A stretch of DNA of 64,000 nucleotides, taken from assembly GCA_050575255.1 (NCBI GenBank), contig JBNZDD010013599.1:1863053-1927052 (forward strand), given 5' to 3'. This document shows positions 37,071-48,625 of the stretch, one piece after another. A program made the position numbers and the translations under genes. The notes under the pieces were generated by a model that saw only the letters and a list, made by a program, of their open reading frames with translations, did no database searches and had not been told where the DNA came from. Each line of letters starts with the position of its first letter. Positions within the stretch are counted from its first letter, which is position 1. This DNA is from Harriotta raleighana (lineage: Eukaryota).

Positions 37071-37443
37071 TCTTCATAATCTGGCCACATTTACGGAAGC
37101 TGAGCTGTGCTAAATCAAACTGCTACATCGAACACATCAAACATGTACAGAAAACGAATCAAATGATAAATACAATTTGTCTGCTACATTGCAGTTCTAG
37201 GGTAATCCGGGCAGGATAACGTAACTACCGATGGAGTCGCTCAAACAACAACCCAGTGATTAAATGTGTATGAAAGAGACTGGTGGGCTCATCAAAAATG
37301 GATGCAACGTTTGCTAAACAAGCGTTTTTTTAATAATATTAAAATATGCCAAATTGCACTGGATTAGATAATCCTATCAATGTAACCCCCACCTTTCCCT
37401 TCCTCTCCCCCCTTACCCTCTTTACCCCCTTTCTCCCCTAACC

Positions 37444-37522
37444 CCATTTCTATGACTGTTTGTGGGACACGGCTGTGTGCAATTTGGCTGCCGCGTTTTC
37501 GCCCACAAATATACAGTCAATT
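37444..37522 (+). mobile_element. Central fragment of young SINE
   Basis: gactgtttgtgggacacggctgtgtgcaatttggctgccgcgttttcgcccacaaatatacagtcaattc. Confidence 0.85.
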
Positions 37523-37645
37523 CTCCTACTCTCCTTCCACCCTACCCCGACCCCTGCTCTGATCCCTACCTGACTCATCTGCGCCTTGGGCATGAAAGGC
37601 GCTATAAAAATGTAATTTTTATCTTGTTGTTGTTGTTGTTGTTGT
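37523..37645 (+). mobile_element. L2 3' UTR and (TGT)n tail
   Basis: Pyrimidine-rich stretch, then gcgccttggg...aaggcgctataaaaatgtaatttt...(ttg)n. Confidence 0.75.
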
Positions 37646-38411
37646 AACCTCTCAGGACAATGTTCGTTGTCAAGACATCAGCAAGCTGGTATAAAACTAA
37701 TTCGGCTTGAAAAAGCTAGAGACGTAGAAAGTTGAAAGGTTAACCAAATAGATATAACTAACTCTTCAAAATCACACTTAATGACTTTGCTTTTCGACTG
37801 TGGGGTCGATCACTCACCCCTGGGTCTGGCTCAGAGTTACGCTATGCCACTGTGATACAACTTGGGCGAGCAAGGGTGCTATAGAAATGCTAACTTGCCA
37901 ATTTTCTACCACTTCTGGCACTCGATGGCATAAGCAGTGGAACTGGGAGAGGAGGTAGCATCAAGAATATTGGTTTGCATTGGAGATTGTATGGGCACCT
38001 GGATCGAGTAGGAAGGAAATGAGGTCAATGGCCCGAAATGTGTTTGAAGTTGGTTCCAGTATCAGTGTACATTTATGAGATTTATAATATCCAGTTCACC
38101 AGATAGAAATGACTGAGGTTACAGATCCCTGCTTCACGCTCAATTACTTTCTGTCAATGAATTATAAAGCACCATTTTTCAACTGTTCTCGCGATGTAAC
38201 TTGTATAAAGCCGTGAAGCAGATGCATCATCTATTATCACCTGAATTCCCTCTGGGGATCCGATGTTCGGATTCCAGTTCCTCGGGGGAATTTCTGGAGT
38301 TTCCTCCTGCTCACAGCAGGTGCAGAAATGGAGGGATTATAAATAAATGAAGACAGAGAGATCGAGAATGAAGCGAGAAAGCTGAACTTGGGATTTTTCA
38401 TATATTTTCGT

Positions 38412-38745
38412 GGATGTCCTATAGCTCAGCGGTTAGAGCACTTGCCTTGCAAGCAAGAGACCCTGGGTTTGTATCCTGGCAGGGCAAAACCTTGGGCAAG
38501 TTTCCTTACCCCACAAGCCTAATAATAATNCGTGGATGTCCTATAGCTCAGCGGTTAGAGCACTTGCCTTGCGGATACCGATGTACGCAATTGCCTTCCG
38601 CGTTTCGCCCCCACAAAGCAGAAAAAGTAATCCTCTATTTGTATTTTGCNAAAAATAATAATAATAATAAAAATGGTCATTTCGATCCATGACTGTTTGT
38701 GGGAATACCGATGTACGCAATTGCCTGCAGCGTTTCGCCCCCACA
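38412..38745 (+). mobile_element. Young SINE, 3'-truncated, split by two Ns with an alternative version between them
   Basis: Head ggatgtcctatagctcagcggttagagcacttgcc appears twice (38412, 38534); Ns at 38530 and 38650. Confidence 0.88.
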
Positions 38746-38959
38746 AAGCAGAAAAAGTAATCCTCTATTTGTATTTTGCTTGAAAAGCAACTTGCATTTA
38801 TATAGCTACTGTTCACACCAGTTGGTTGTGTTTACATCATGCTGATATACAACCATGCGAGCTGCCAGCAAAATGAACTTTACCAACCCCCATACGCCTG
38901 AGTGATTTTTCTTCCCTTACCAGCAATGCTGCAAAGGTACGCTGAGTTAACACAGTGAT

Positions 38960-39115
38960 TCATAGAATCTTACAGCACAAAAGGAGGCCATTCGGCCCAT
39001 CGAGTCTATGCCGGGGGCCCTTTAAAAAGAGCAACTCAATCCCCTCCCCATAATCGCTCAAACCCATCCTCCCCAAATGAATGCCTGCCTCTCTTTTAAA
39101 GATGTTGATGGCGTC
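38960..39115 (-). mobile_element. CR1 LINE 3' end
   Basis: Minus strand ...gatgggccgaatggcctccttttgtgctgtaagattctatga; upstream peptide IDAINIFKREAGIHL resembles the CR1 ORF2 end. Confidence 0.85.
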
Positions 39116-39649
39116 AATTGGTTTAAACAGAGGAGAAAAGCATTGCACACAAAGAGACAGAAGCAACTTGTGGGAGTGGCTTTCTGATTTGGAACTGCAG
39201 TGGTTTGGAGTGGAGGCATTTTGTTCAGACCATGACATACAGCTTTAATAATGATTTTTCTTTAAACCCGTGAATCCGCTGACAGTTGCTACCTCGCCTC
39301 AGAACTTCACAAGCACAGACATAATACAATTAAAGTAATACTGCGCTGAACATGCTAAGACGTTAAATTAATCATAATCTATTACCTCTCTCAATCAGGC
39401 CCTTGGATTTTTGTAATCAGCAAAAATAATGTAATTTTTATTCCGGATTTATCTCGCAGAGATGAGGAGGCATAGACTCTTTGCTCAAAGTACATTATCC
39501 CCCAATGCAATTCATGTTCATTAACCAACTGATTCAATCAGGAGTGGTGATAAAGGCAGCCTTCCACCACAAGCAACCACGTGCTGAAGACCCAAATCAC
39601 AAACTACTTGCACAAACGATTGGAGCAAATCCAGAAATGATAATCATGG

Positions 39650-39882
39650 TTCTTGCATTTGCCACAGCGCCTTATCACGTCATCGACATGTCTCAAAACT
39701 CTTCGCAAGACACGCTCGAAGGTATATTTCACTATGTATTTTGCGGGCAAAATGCAGCAGTCAGTTGCGCATAAGCAAATCCCCACAAATAGCCAAGGAG
39801 TGAGTGTCCAATTTTATTTGAGGGTATTGTAGGCCAGGCCACCGGGAGAAATTCCTCTCTCTTTTCGAATATTGTCGTGGCC
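39650..39882 (-). mobile_element. DeuSINE 3' half
   Basis: cttgcattt...agcgccttatcacgtc...ccccacaaatagc...ggccaggccaccgggagaa...ttcgaatattgtcgtgg. Confidence 0.8.
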
Positions 39883-41264
39883 TACATTCCAAACTACTGC
39901 TGTTTCAAATCAGTGACTGGAGAAAGAAGGGCGTGTGAAACCATAGCTTGCATTAAATGGTTTCTATAGATGTTATTCTGTGCAGCTAGGTATTGGCGGG
40001 GACTGAGCGATCACAGAAGTAGCACAACAGAAATCCTAACACCGTTGATACAACAGTTGTTTTGTTGTCTTCTAAACGGTTTCGTTTTAAGTCTTTGTTT
40101 AAAACCAAGCTTGTCAAATAAAGCAGAGCAAAAAAAATCAGGTGCAAATGAACCAATTCGACCCATTTTATCCGACTCAATGTGCGCTCGATGGCTGAAA
40201 TGAGACAATATTTTTCCTCATACCTAAATTGGGTGAGTTATTGCCTTGACGTTAATAACTGGCCACACCATGCTTTTGTTTCCGTCTTGCAAAAGCAACA
40301 CATTAACGTTCTCCCACAGACAACATGAGCTACATATGCATAAAGGAAGAAGGTTCATTGTAAGTGCAGATTTGTTATTGACCTCAAAGGGTATCCTGCC
40401 ATCCACCATACTGTGGAAAGGAAGCACTCTAGTCAATCCCTCTGTGTTGGTGTGTGCCTGAATTACGATTATTTTCAGCTGTTTGTGTCCTGATGGAGAT
40501 CGCTTGTATCAGCTGCCGCTATTTTAATCTGACTTGTAAAATGATAGTCCTGATGAAGACATCTGAAGTACTTGTAATTAGAAAGAAAAAGAAAAAGCCA
40601 GGCATTGACATTCATCCCACGCAACAATCATCAGTGCTCCGAACATTTCAGGCCAGGGGAGTGAAATGAGTTGGGTCCTCTCTGCTTCTATTAACCAGCT
40701 CGAATTTTAGACAGTTTTGGTCTCAAGGGAATGCAACACATCTCACTAATTACTGTATTTCGATAACCTCACATTGGTTTTCTTTGTGATTTGACATCAA
40801 AAAAAAGGTAGGGATTTAGTTTGCATCAACCGGATTGAGGGATTTCATCTGTTTTCATGTCTTGGAGAGGGTTTGCAATTGTTTTTAACTGGCAGAAGGT
40901 CACTAGAGGATAGGCTTCTTGTTGAGAGACAGATATCCAATTCAAGTATATAAAATAACTTTCCTTTTCAATCTTCTTTTAACACAGCCTTCATTTTTTT
41001 TCCCATCTAATACTCCACTGCTTTCCTCTCCTCTCTTCACCTCCAATCCCATTTCAGGTTATTTCTAAGCAATCAGTTGAATGTTACAATGCTTAACATA
41101 ACGCATTTTTGGTGATAAATTGGATTTTAAAAAGAATTCTTGTACACACTGGGGCCTTTGTATGTCTAAGTTCCAATGATGTATTTTCCACGAGGGTGTA
41201 CATTTAGATAGTTTGTGCCACAATTCACCCCCACAAAGTATTTGACAATCTGTCCCAGAACCTT

Positions 41265-41385
41265 TCCTGTTATTTAAACTCTCTTTCATAATCAGATATT
41301 TGTCCATCTCATTTTTAATTAAATCATTTGACACGGCATTAATTCCATTTGATAAGTTCCTTGCCGTAAACCTTCTGTGTAACCC
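41265..41385 (-). mobile_element. Old CR1 ORF2 C-terminal remnant
   Basis: Peptide SNDLIKNEMDKYLIMK resembles the CR1 terminal FK.ELD.YL..K motif, preceded by a TQK/TQR-like segment. Confidence 0.5.
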
Positions 41386-43051
41386 ATATCAATTATTTTG
41401 ACGCTACGATGCTCCAGTTGAAAACCGTCGTTGATCAAAGATCGCGTGTTAAACCTGCTCACAATGTTGCAGACAGTTCAGTTGGTTGATTGAGCTCCAG
41501 AGCTTCTGGGTTTAAATCCCAGCGGAAGAAGATAAACCAGGACTGAACCAGCTCAGAGGAAGCATTCTTGGTAAAGCCAGGTGGCCATCATGTTGCTGAC
41601 GAATGACTGAGCTGTCTGGCTCCCCCAAAATAGTAAGAAACGTCGATTCAAAGTCAGACTTGGGACTGGCAATGGGTGCAAAGTCACTGGGATAAATATG
41701 TAAAACAAATCATTAAACAATTAACCCTGAAACACTATCTTGTAAATAGCATGACTTAAAAAAAAAAGGCTACGAGTTACTGACATGATATATTACTTGT
41801 GAATAGGATCAGAGGTAATGCCAAGCATAATGAACTATTGGGGACTCGGGGGTGTATGGCTGACTAAACAATCTCGAAACTCAACACCAACCAGTACGTT
41901 AACCAGCTCCCTGCGTGAATACAACACAGAAAACAACACTATAAATCCACCTGCTTCTCCCGTCGCATTCAGAATGGCAACAGGCATTGGCATTTTCAAT
42001 TTAGTGTTGAAAGTGTGGCAGAATGACAAGTGTATCTAACTGATCCAAATGGGGCAGGTTCTGGTGGGGTGGAGGGGAGGGTTGGGGGGGGGGTATTTTC
42101 CTGATCGAATCAGAACTGAACCAGCCCGAATGACTTCCCTTTTCTTCCTCCCCCGGAGGCTCGCCACCGTCTTCTGGGACAGGGCGACACGACTGGCGAA
42201 CTTGCAGGAGGTGTAAAAACGAGCACTGTCATTCTGCCGGGGAAGGCTGGGGGCGAGAGTGATGATGATAACAGTTTACCCCAGTTTGAGCCATTAGCAG
42301 TACAAATGTTCCCTGTCTGCCGTTTCCAAGGTGACAGCATGAGAGATCCTGCCTGTCACCACATTCTCCAAAGCACTGATTTCAAGAGCTTAATCAGCCC
42401 GATCCTCAAATTGTATTTTGCGTCAGCTCTTCAGATGCAGGACTGTTGAGAGATTGCAACAGGCCGCCTTCTGAGGACCGTAACTTCATTTTATTTGTCT
42501 GAAATTGGTTTCTATCGTTTCCCAACAAGATTTGACGATGGCCACGGCGCCATTTTGAAAAACAAGCAGCGAAGAAAAGGAATTTTTTTTTTGGGGGGGG
42601 ATTTCTCATTCTCCAGCATTAAACTCTTCCCCCGTCGGCCGCAGAGAAGGAGAGAAACGGACAATTCAGAAACAGGTCCAGCCTCTGGGAAAGTGGAAAC
42701 ATTGGATTTGGCATCACAGAGAGTGAATCGCTGAGGAAAATCTAGTTGCGAATTATCAAATCAATATCGACTAGATCGACACCCAACATTTTGTGTTCAT
42801 GCACATTTAAACATACACTTCTTCGAGACCTGCTGTTGGAAATAAAAGGTTTCAGCTTTGTTCTGTGGGCGTGATAAGGCACAATATCAAATGCAAAGAT
42901 TATTATGATCAAGCTTGTCAGAGATTGAATCAAAGTTTTGGCTTGTGAAGCATCAGATTCCATTCATACACCTAATCATTTGGAAACATGGAAGGCATCA
43001 TAGATTGTCTGTGTTTTCATACAAATATTGACCTTACAGATGGATGGAGAT

Positions 43052-43330
43052 GATAATAATAATCCTTGCATTTAATATAGCATCTTATCATGTCTTCGAG
43101 ACATTTCAAAGCGCTTCGCAGAATATACTCAATATGTAAGGCGTAGTGACTGTGTGTTTCGTGGACAAAACGCGGCATCCAATTGCACACAGATGTTTCC
43201 CACAAACAGTTGTGGATGGAACTGGTCAATTTTTTTAAATTATTGTTTGTTGTTCTTGAGGGATTATTATCAGGCTTGTGGAGTAAGGAAACTTGCCCAA
43301 GGTTTCGCCCTGCCGAGAATCGGATTCCAG
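43052..43330 (-). mobile_element. Young SINE with partial head
   Basis: Colinear with 48310-48625 from the tail to the B-box region. Confidence 0.9.
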
Positions 43331-44014
43331 TATATTTATTAGGATTTATTATGTAAATGTTGGCCTCCCATTCAGGTTCAGATTCTTACCCTCAAAGAAG
43401 GGAAAATCAGCTCTTCCGAGTGTGAGCGTGAGCACACCAAACATCGAGTTAAGATGCTGCCTACTATCTTCATCATGGCATCAATAAGAGTGTCTCTTGA
43501 GGGTTCTGCACACTAATAAAAGGATTAGACAAACCACTCATTTACCTGCTATTTGGAGGCAAGAATACTTATTCCTAATTTATCTGAGTACAAAGTTGCG
43601 TCTTTTTTATACTTTGGATTTTATTTTCTACCCGAGTGTTTCATTTCATCCTGCTAAGTGGTGCACTAAAGCTTCCAAGAAAGGTAATAGAAAATGTGAA
43701 CAACATACTGTGTTAACAAAGGCTGGCCTGAAATCTGATCCTCTTAAATCTATATTGATGCAGTTATTCGAGAGCATGATGATATGATTTTACGTCAATG
43801 TAAATTGCTAGCTTAGGTTTGACAACTAGACAATTTTGTTGGTGGTCACTGGAAACGTAAACTCCAGAAAGAGATTGTGTTGTGATGATTGGCATGACCC
43901 ACGCATGTTTCCTGACAGAATATAATATTTCTGACTTGTTATACAAATCCAGGTTGTACATTGTGCATGTTTCGATCCCTTTGATTAAAGAATCAAATCA
44001 GCCAATTCTACTCA

Positions 44015-44258
44015 GAAAGAGAAGGGAGTTTCTCTAAGTGTCCTGAATAATAATCCGTCCTCCCCCCCAAAAAAACTGGGGCAGTGGGGGGGGTGGGGGA
44101 AACCATTTAATTCATTGATTTTGTGTGACATTATTGTGCACAAATTGGCAGCTGCGTTTGCCCACACAACACACAGTCACTTCACTGTACAGCCAATCTG
44201 GAGAAGCACTTTGAGACATCCTCCTGACATGAAATACTACATTAATTGCAAGGAATAT
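44015..44258 (+). mobile_element. DeuSINE 3' half
   Basis: agaagggagtttctctaagtgtcctg...aaattggcagctgcgtttgccc...cagtcacttcac...agcactttgagacatcc...tgcaagg. Confidence 0.8.
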
Positions 44259-45994
44259 TAGGGTTCTAAATCGTCCTCCGTGACATCGCTAATAACATGA
44301 CAGATAGTTATCTCAAATCTCATGAGCTCTCGGTTGCAATGTTTAAACAATTTAAAACCGCAGACGGGATTACAGCAGAATGTATCAGACAAAAAGTTTC
44401 CATCAAAGTAAATGATCAGCTAGCCAAGAGAATACCGAAGGGCGACTTGAAGAGACTATAAAAAGATCGGCAGACTTTAAACGTCTTAAAAATTGAACAG
44501 AGGGGAGAGCTTTCTGATAAACCTCACTGTTAATTATTAAGTCATGCAATCGAGTCTCAAAGTCCATGTCACGTTCTTCGGAATTAAGTTTCCTATTCTT
44601 TCGTGAATGATTTGGCGCAAATTAACAAAAATAATGTTAATTTACCGCCACGATGAGGTTTCCTGTTCAGAACAATCCTTAAGAATTCCTATGCAATTGT
44701 GTTCAGGGAATTGCTTCATGAATGAGCAATGAATGCATTTTAGATCATTTGTTATCTATCCGTATACAATATATATTTAAATGTAAAGCTTTTGAGGGAA
44801 TACAACTAGTGCAGATGAGAAATGAAGCTAGCTATTATCTTTACACATGAACAAATGTGCTGGATATTGTCATGTTATTACTTCTAAGGAAACATTTTGC
44901 CCCTGGAAACCATTAACTATGTTGTTGGCGTTAATGTCGACTGTGCAGCAATATCCAGACATTCCATAGCATTAGAAAGGGTAAAGAGTATCCGACAAAA
45001 GTGTATGAGATATCCTGTATAGTTTTAACATCAGAACCCCCAAAGCACTCGGTTCCGTACAGCCCCAATCTGTTCACGAAATTAATATGAATATAGTCTA
45101 ATCAATGCAAAAGTATGAAAGTGGTGACGTTACTTTGGCAAGGCCTGAGCGAGTGGGAGAAAGGGGGGGACATTTTATTTCACCAGCTGTTTTCTTTGGC
45201 AGAAATAAACCGAGGAAGCGTTTCCGGGGCATTGCTATCCCGTCACTGAAAAGAATCCAGAATTTCAAAGTTACAAAGTGCAAATTTACCCTGATACTGG
45301 ATCACCCTCCAATGGATGTGTTTGATGATCTCTAACGGGTTCCTTGCTGGGCCTTGAAGCTAATTGGCGTGAGCTGGTGAGCTCCCCAAGCCCTCGTCTC
45401 TCTGCCAACCTCCGCCTCGACCCTCCCAGGTTAGGTAAGCCAGCCGGGTCCCTCCGACAGATACCAGACAGATAATAATAATAATAATTTTAAAAATCGA
45501 CACATGCGACACTCTTAGCACACAGTCGTTTGGTTTGGAGATTAAAGTCACGTGACGGCTTTCCGTGCGAGTCATTCAGCTGACCACACAAAAAATGACT
45601 TCAAGTTAATTAAACAAATTACTGCCTCACGCTCTAATCATTTCTGTCACCTCGCCCAGCGTAGGACTGACTGGATCATTAACCGCAGCGTATTACATAA
45701 ACGCACTGTTGTTTAATTCTTTGCAGCTTGTGCATTTTAAGCCCGAGAACAGCATGCACCTGTCAGTTAAGCCCGCGTTTCATTCCTTGTCATTTTTCAT
45801 GCAAAGAACGCAATGGTATTATTTGAATTCAGGAGCGCCAGCCAGCTTGCGTGTGCGTTGTGTCTGCGAGCCTATAACGTTTCACTGTTCCTGCTGGTGT
45901 TTTGTGAATTGTGTGGCATGCTTTCCGAACCCAGGCCAATGCCTCACAGATGTTCTTCAAACCAGCGGCCAAGGAAACAAAGGATTTTTTCCCC

Positions 45995-46290
45995 CAACAG
46001 CAACTTGCGTTTGTCTTAAATCATCTGTCCAGCGCCTTGGGACGTCCTCCTGACGTGAAACGCGCTCTATAAATGTAATTTTGTTGTTGTTGTTGTATAT
46101 ATAGCGCCCTCCACCCCGGGCGGCGTCTGAGAACGCTTCGCAATGGCGGAGCCCGAGGCCGGGCCGGCGGGAAGGGGGGAGGTGCCCGTAAATGCGGTGG
46201 AAGAGAAAGCTCTTCGGCCGTGACTCGAAGAAGACGGGAAAGGAGGGAGGTGAGACAAGCGGGTTGACGGAGGGAACGAGCACGATTCCG
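45995..46290 (-). mobile_element. Old, unusually GC-rich L2 3' end, interrupted by a younger L2 tail
   Basis: Peptide SFPVFFESRPKSFLFHRIYGH parallels L2 SLSSFKAGLKTFLFDRAF; tail ...gagggcgctatatatac|aaacgcaagttgctgttg is split at 46015-46095. Confidence 0.72.
46015..46095 (+). mobile_element. Young L2 3' end with (TGT)n tail
   Basis: atctgtccagcgccttgggacgtcctcctgacgtgaaacgcgctctataaatgtaattttgttgttg; ttgt on both sides. Confidence 0.9.
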
Positions 46291-48309
46291 AATACCCGAC
46301 TGGCATGAATATGGAACAACAGCTAAAGCTAGACATTGCATGAATTTTGAAGCATAAGTGACTCAACCCTAATGAGACAAACTAGGCTATCTGCTCAGAA
46401 CATAACAATCCTTTAACATGAAGCAAAATAAATCCTAATATTGTTTGTTCAAACTGCTTGATACACCTGCTTATGTTAAACTGATTCATGAGAATGGGAT
46501 TGCTGATCACCGATCTCTGTCAGCCATAAAACGAAACCAGCAAACTATGAACAATGTCAAGCGACATTACATTTGCATGCCACAAAAACACACATACTCC
46601 ATCTCTCTGCCAGGGTATCGTATCTCAGTCACAAGAAGTCACTATTTCGACTCCACGATACCTTGCTAACTTGGAACACTCTGTGGACGTGTCTGGTTCC
46701 CAAATGTATTCCTTGTAAAACAAGAAAGCTGACTTCAAACTGCATTTGACACGTTACAGTGTTCAAAGCGTCAACAAAAAGTGAGAAAAATGTATATCAA
46801 TTCCTCAGCCAACAATTTATTGTACAGGCATTTTTACAGATTTCTTTTCTCTCCAGTATTGGCAAGGGAGTTTTGCGATTTTTTTTTTGGGTGTATTTCT
46901 TAACCTCAGTGTTGACAATTTATGGTGGGTGAAATGATTCTAATAACAATTATAATCCTTCCATCTGATATACGGCCTCTCACCCCTTTGGGAGTTGCCG
47001 TAAGGCATTGAAGAAACAAAAGAAAACTGTTGGATCAGCATGAAAAGGTAAATTTATTCTTGTATTTGTTTGGTGCTTGCTGCACATCTCTGTGATCCTA
47101 ACTCTACAGAGGCCAACACATTCAAGGTGTGAATCATGGAGAGCTGCACATCTTACTGTTACATGCCCTGTCATCCCTTGATGGTACCCAAATATCTGGA
47201 CCTCACCTGGTGTGAATGATAAGCCCTGGAATACCTCCACCCCACCCCCCCACCCAGCCCCCACTCCCCTTCACTTGTGTTCTGGAAATACAAAACCAAG
47301 GCTCTGGGTCTGTAAAGTGATCCGATCGTCGGACGAGGAAAGATGAATTCATTCTGTTCGTGGGAAACTGTGAAAGTGGAACCTTGAGACTGAGGCCAAA
47401 GAGATCAGAAGTGAACAGCGATGAATAATACACACTTGTACATCGAACACCGTTACCGAGAGCTTGAAATGAAGTGTTCGGGGAGCTTAAGGAGCTGTGG
47501 AGATCGTCAAAACCAGAGCAGCCTTTATCGAGGAAATCTAAAGTACACGAACACCAAAATAACTTCTGTACTGAGAATGAGCCTACATGCCAGCAACATT
47601 ACATCGTACACAATCTTACCAAAACGATTCCTGAGAAGGCTGGAGTCACTCCTGCCTTCTGATCATATTGATTCTCTCCCCAACACTTCATGACACTTAA
47701 CCTGGCCAATATAATGGAAAGATATCTCAAGCTCATTTTTGGCAGCTCTCTCTGAAAATATTGCCCCAATCCTTGTTATTGGTTTTAAGGAATGGAACAG
47801 TTGAGACAGCTGTTTTAATAAAAGCTCCTCGCTGGAGTAATCTGAAGAAATGCTTCACACATTGAGTTGATCTCTGAGTTCATCTGACTTACGATCAATG
47901 CTGGAGTCATTGTAGAGAGTCTAAAAGCCAGTCTGGCTGCTTTGTGGAACTCTGAGCAACAACTGTGAATCATGAAAGTCATGAGAGCCTCTGCCTGGAT
48001 GCGATGGGGGCAAGGAGAAATAAACGTTTCTTTCCTCTAAAAGCTCTTCTGAGGAGATGCCCAGTCTAGACCGTTTAGTTCGCCAAAAAGTCTATCAGTT
48101 TCCTGGGGAGGGAGCAAAATATAGTTTAGATTTCTTCCATTTATTTATTTTCTTTTATCATTGTTACACCAGCACAGTGTGAGTATTCTGGTATTGGCTC
48201 CTTGCCTGTACAAATAGGGAATTTTTTCCCCCCGTTTCAGAGTACAGTTTAATTCGGACCGAGGTGTGAATTTAAGGATTCAAACAAAAAGGCCAGGTCG
48301 GGTTTCTCT

Positions 48310-48625
48310 GATAATAGTAATTCTTGCATTTGATAGAGCGCTTTTCACATCTTCTAGAACGACTCAAAGCGCTCCACAGAATATACTGCAAAGTGAATTG
48401 ACTGTATAGACGTGGGCGAAACGCGGCTGCCAATTGCGCACAGCGGTGTCCCCACGAACAGTCGTGGATTGAAATGATCAATTTATTATTGTTTTTTTGG
48501 GGGGAGGGATTGTTGTGAGGCTTGTGGAGTAAGGAAACCCGCCCAAGGTTTCGCCTTGCCTGGAATTTGAACCCAGGTCTCTCACTTTTAAGGCGAGTGC
48601 TCTAACCACTGGGATACAGGACTCC
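48310..48625 (-). mobile_element. Full-length young tRNA-derived SINE
   Basis: Head ggagtcctgtatcccagtggttagagcactcgcc...gggttcaaattcc (A and B boxes), central segment and L2-like tail. Confidence 0.93.

Noticed and set aside
46096-46300. CpG-island first exon with ATG GCG GAG CCC GAG start
   Set aside because: The frame closes after about 26 codons and the opposite strand is explained as an L2 3' end
47421-47693. Overlapping 90-aa and 62-aa plus-strand ORFs
   Set aside because: No recognisable motif or convincing splice context; lengths compatible with chance
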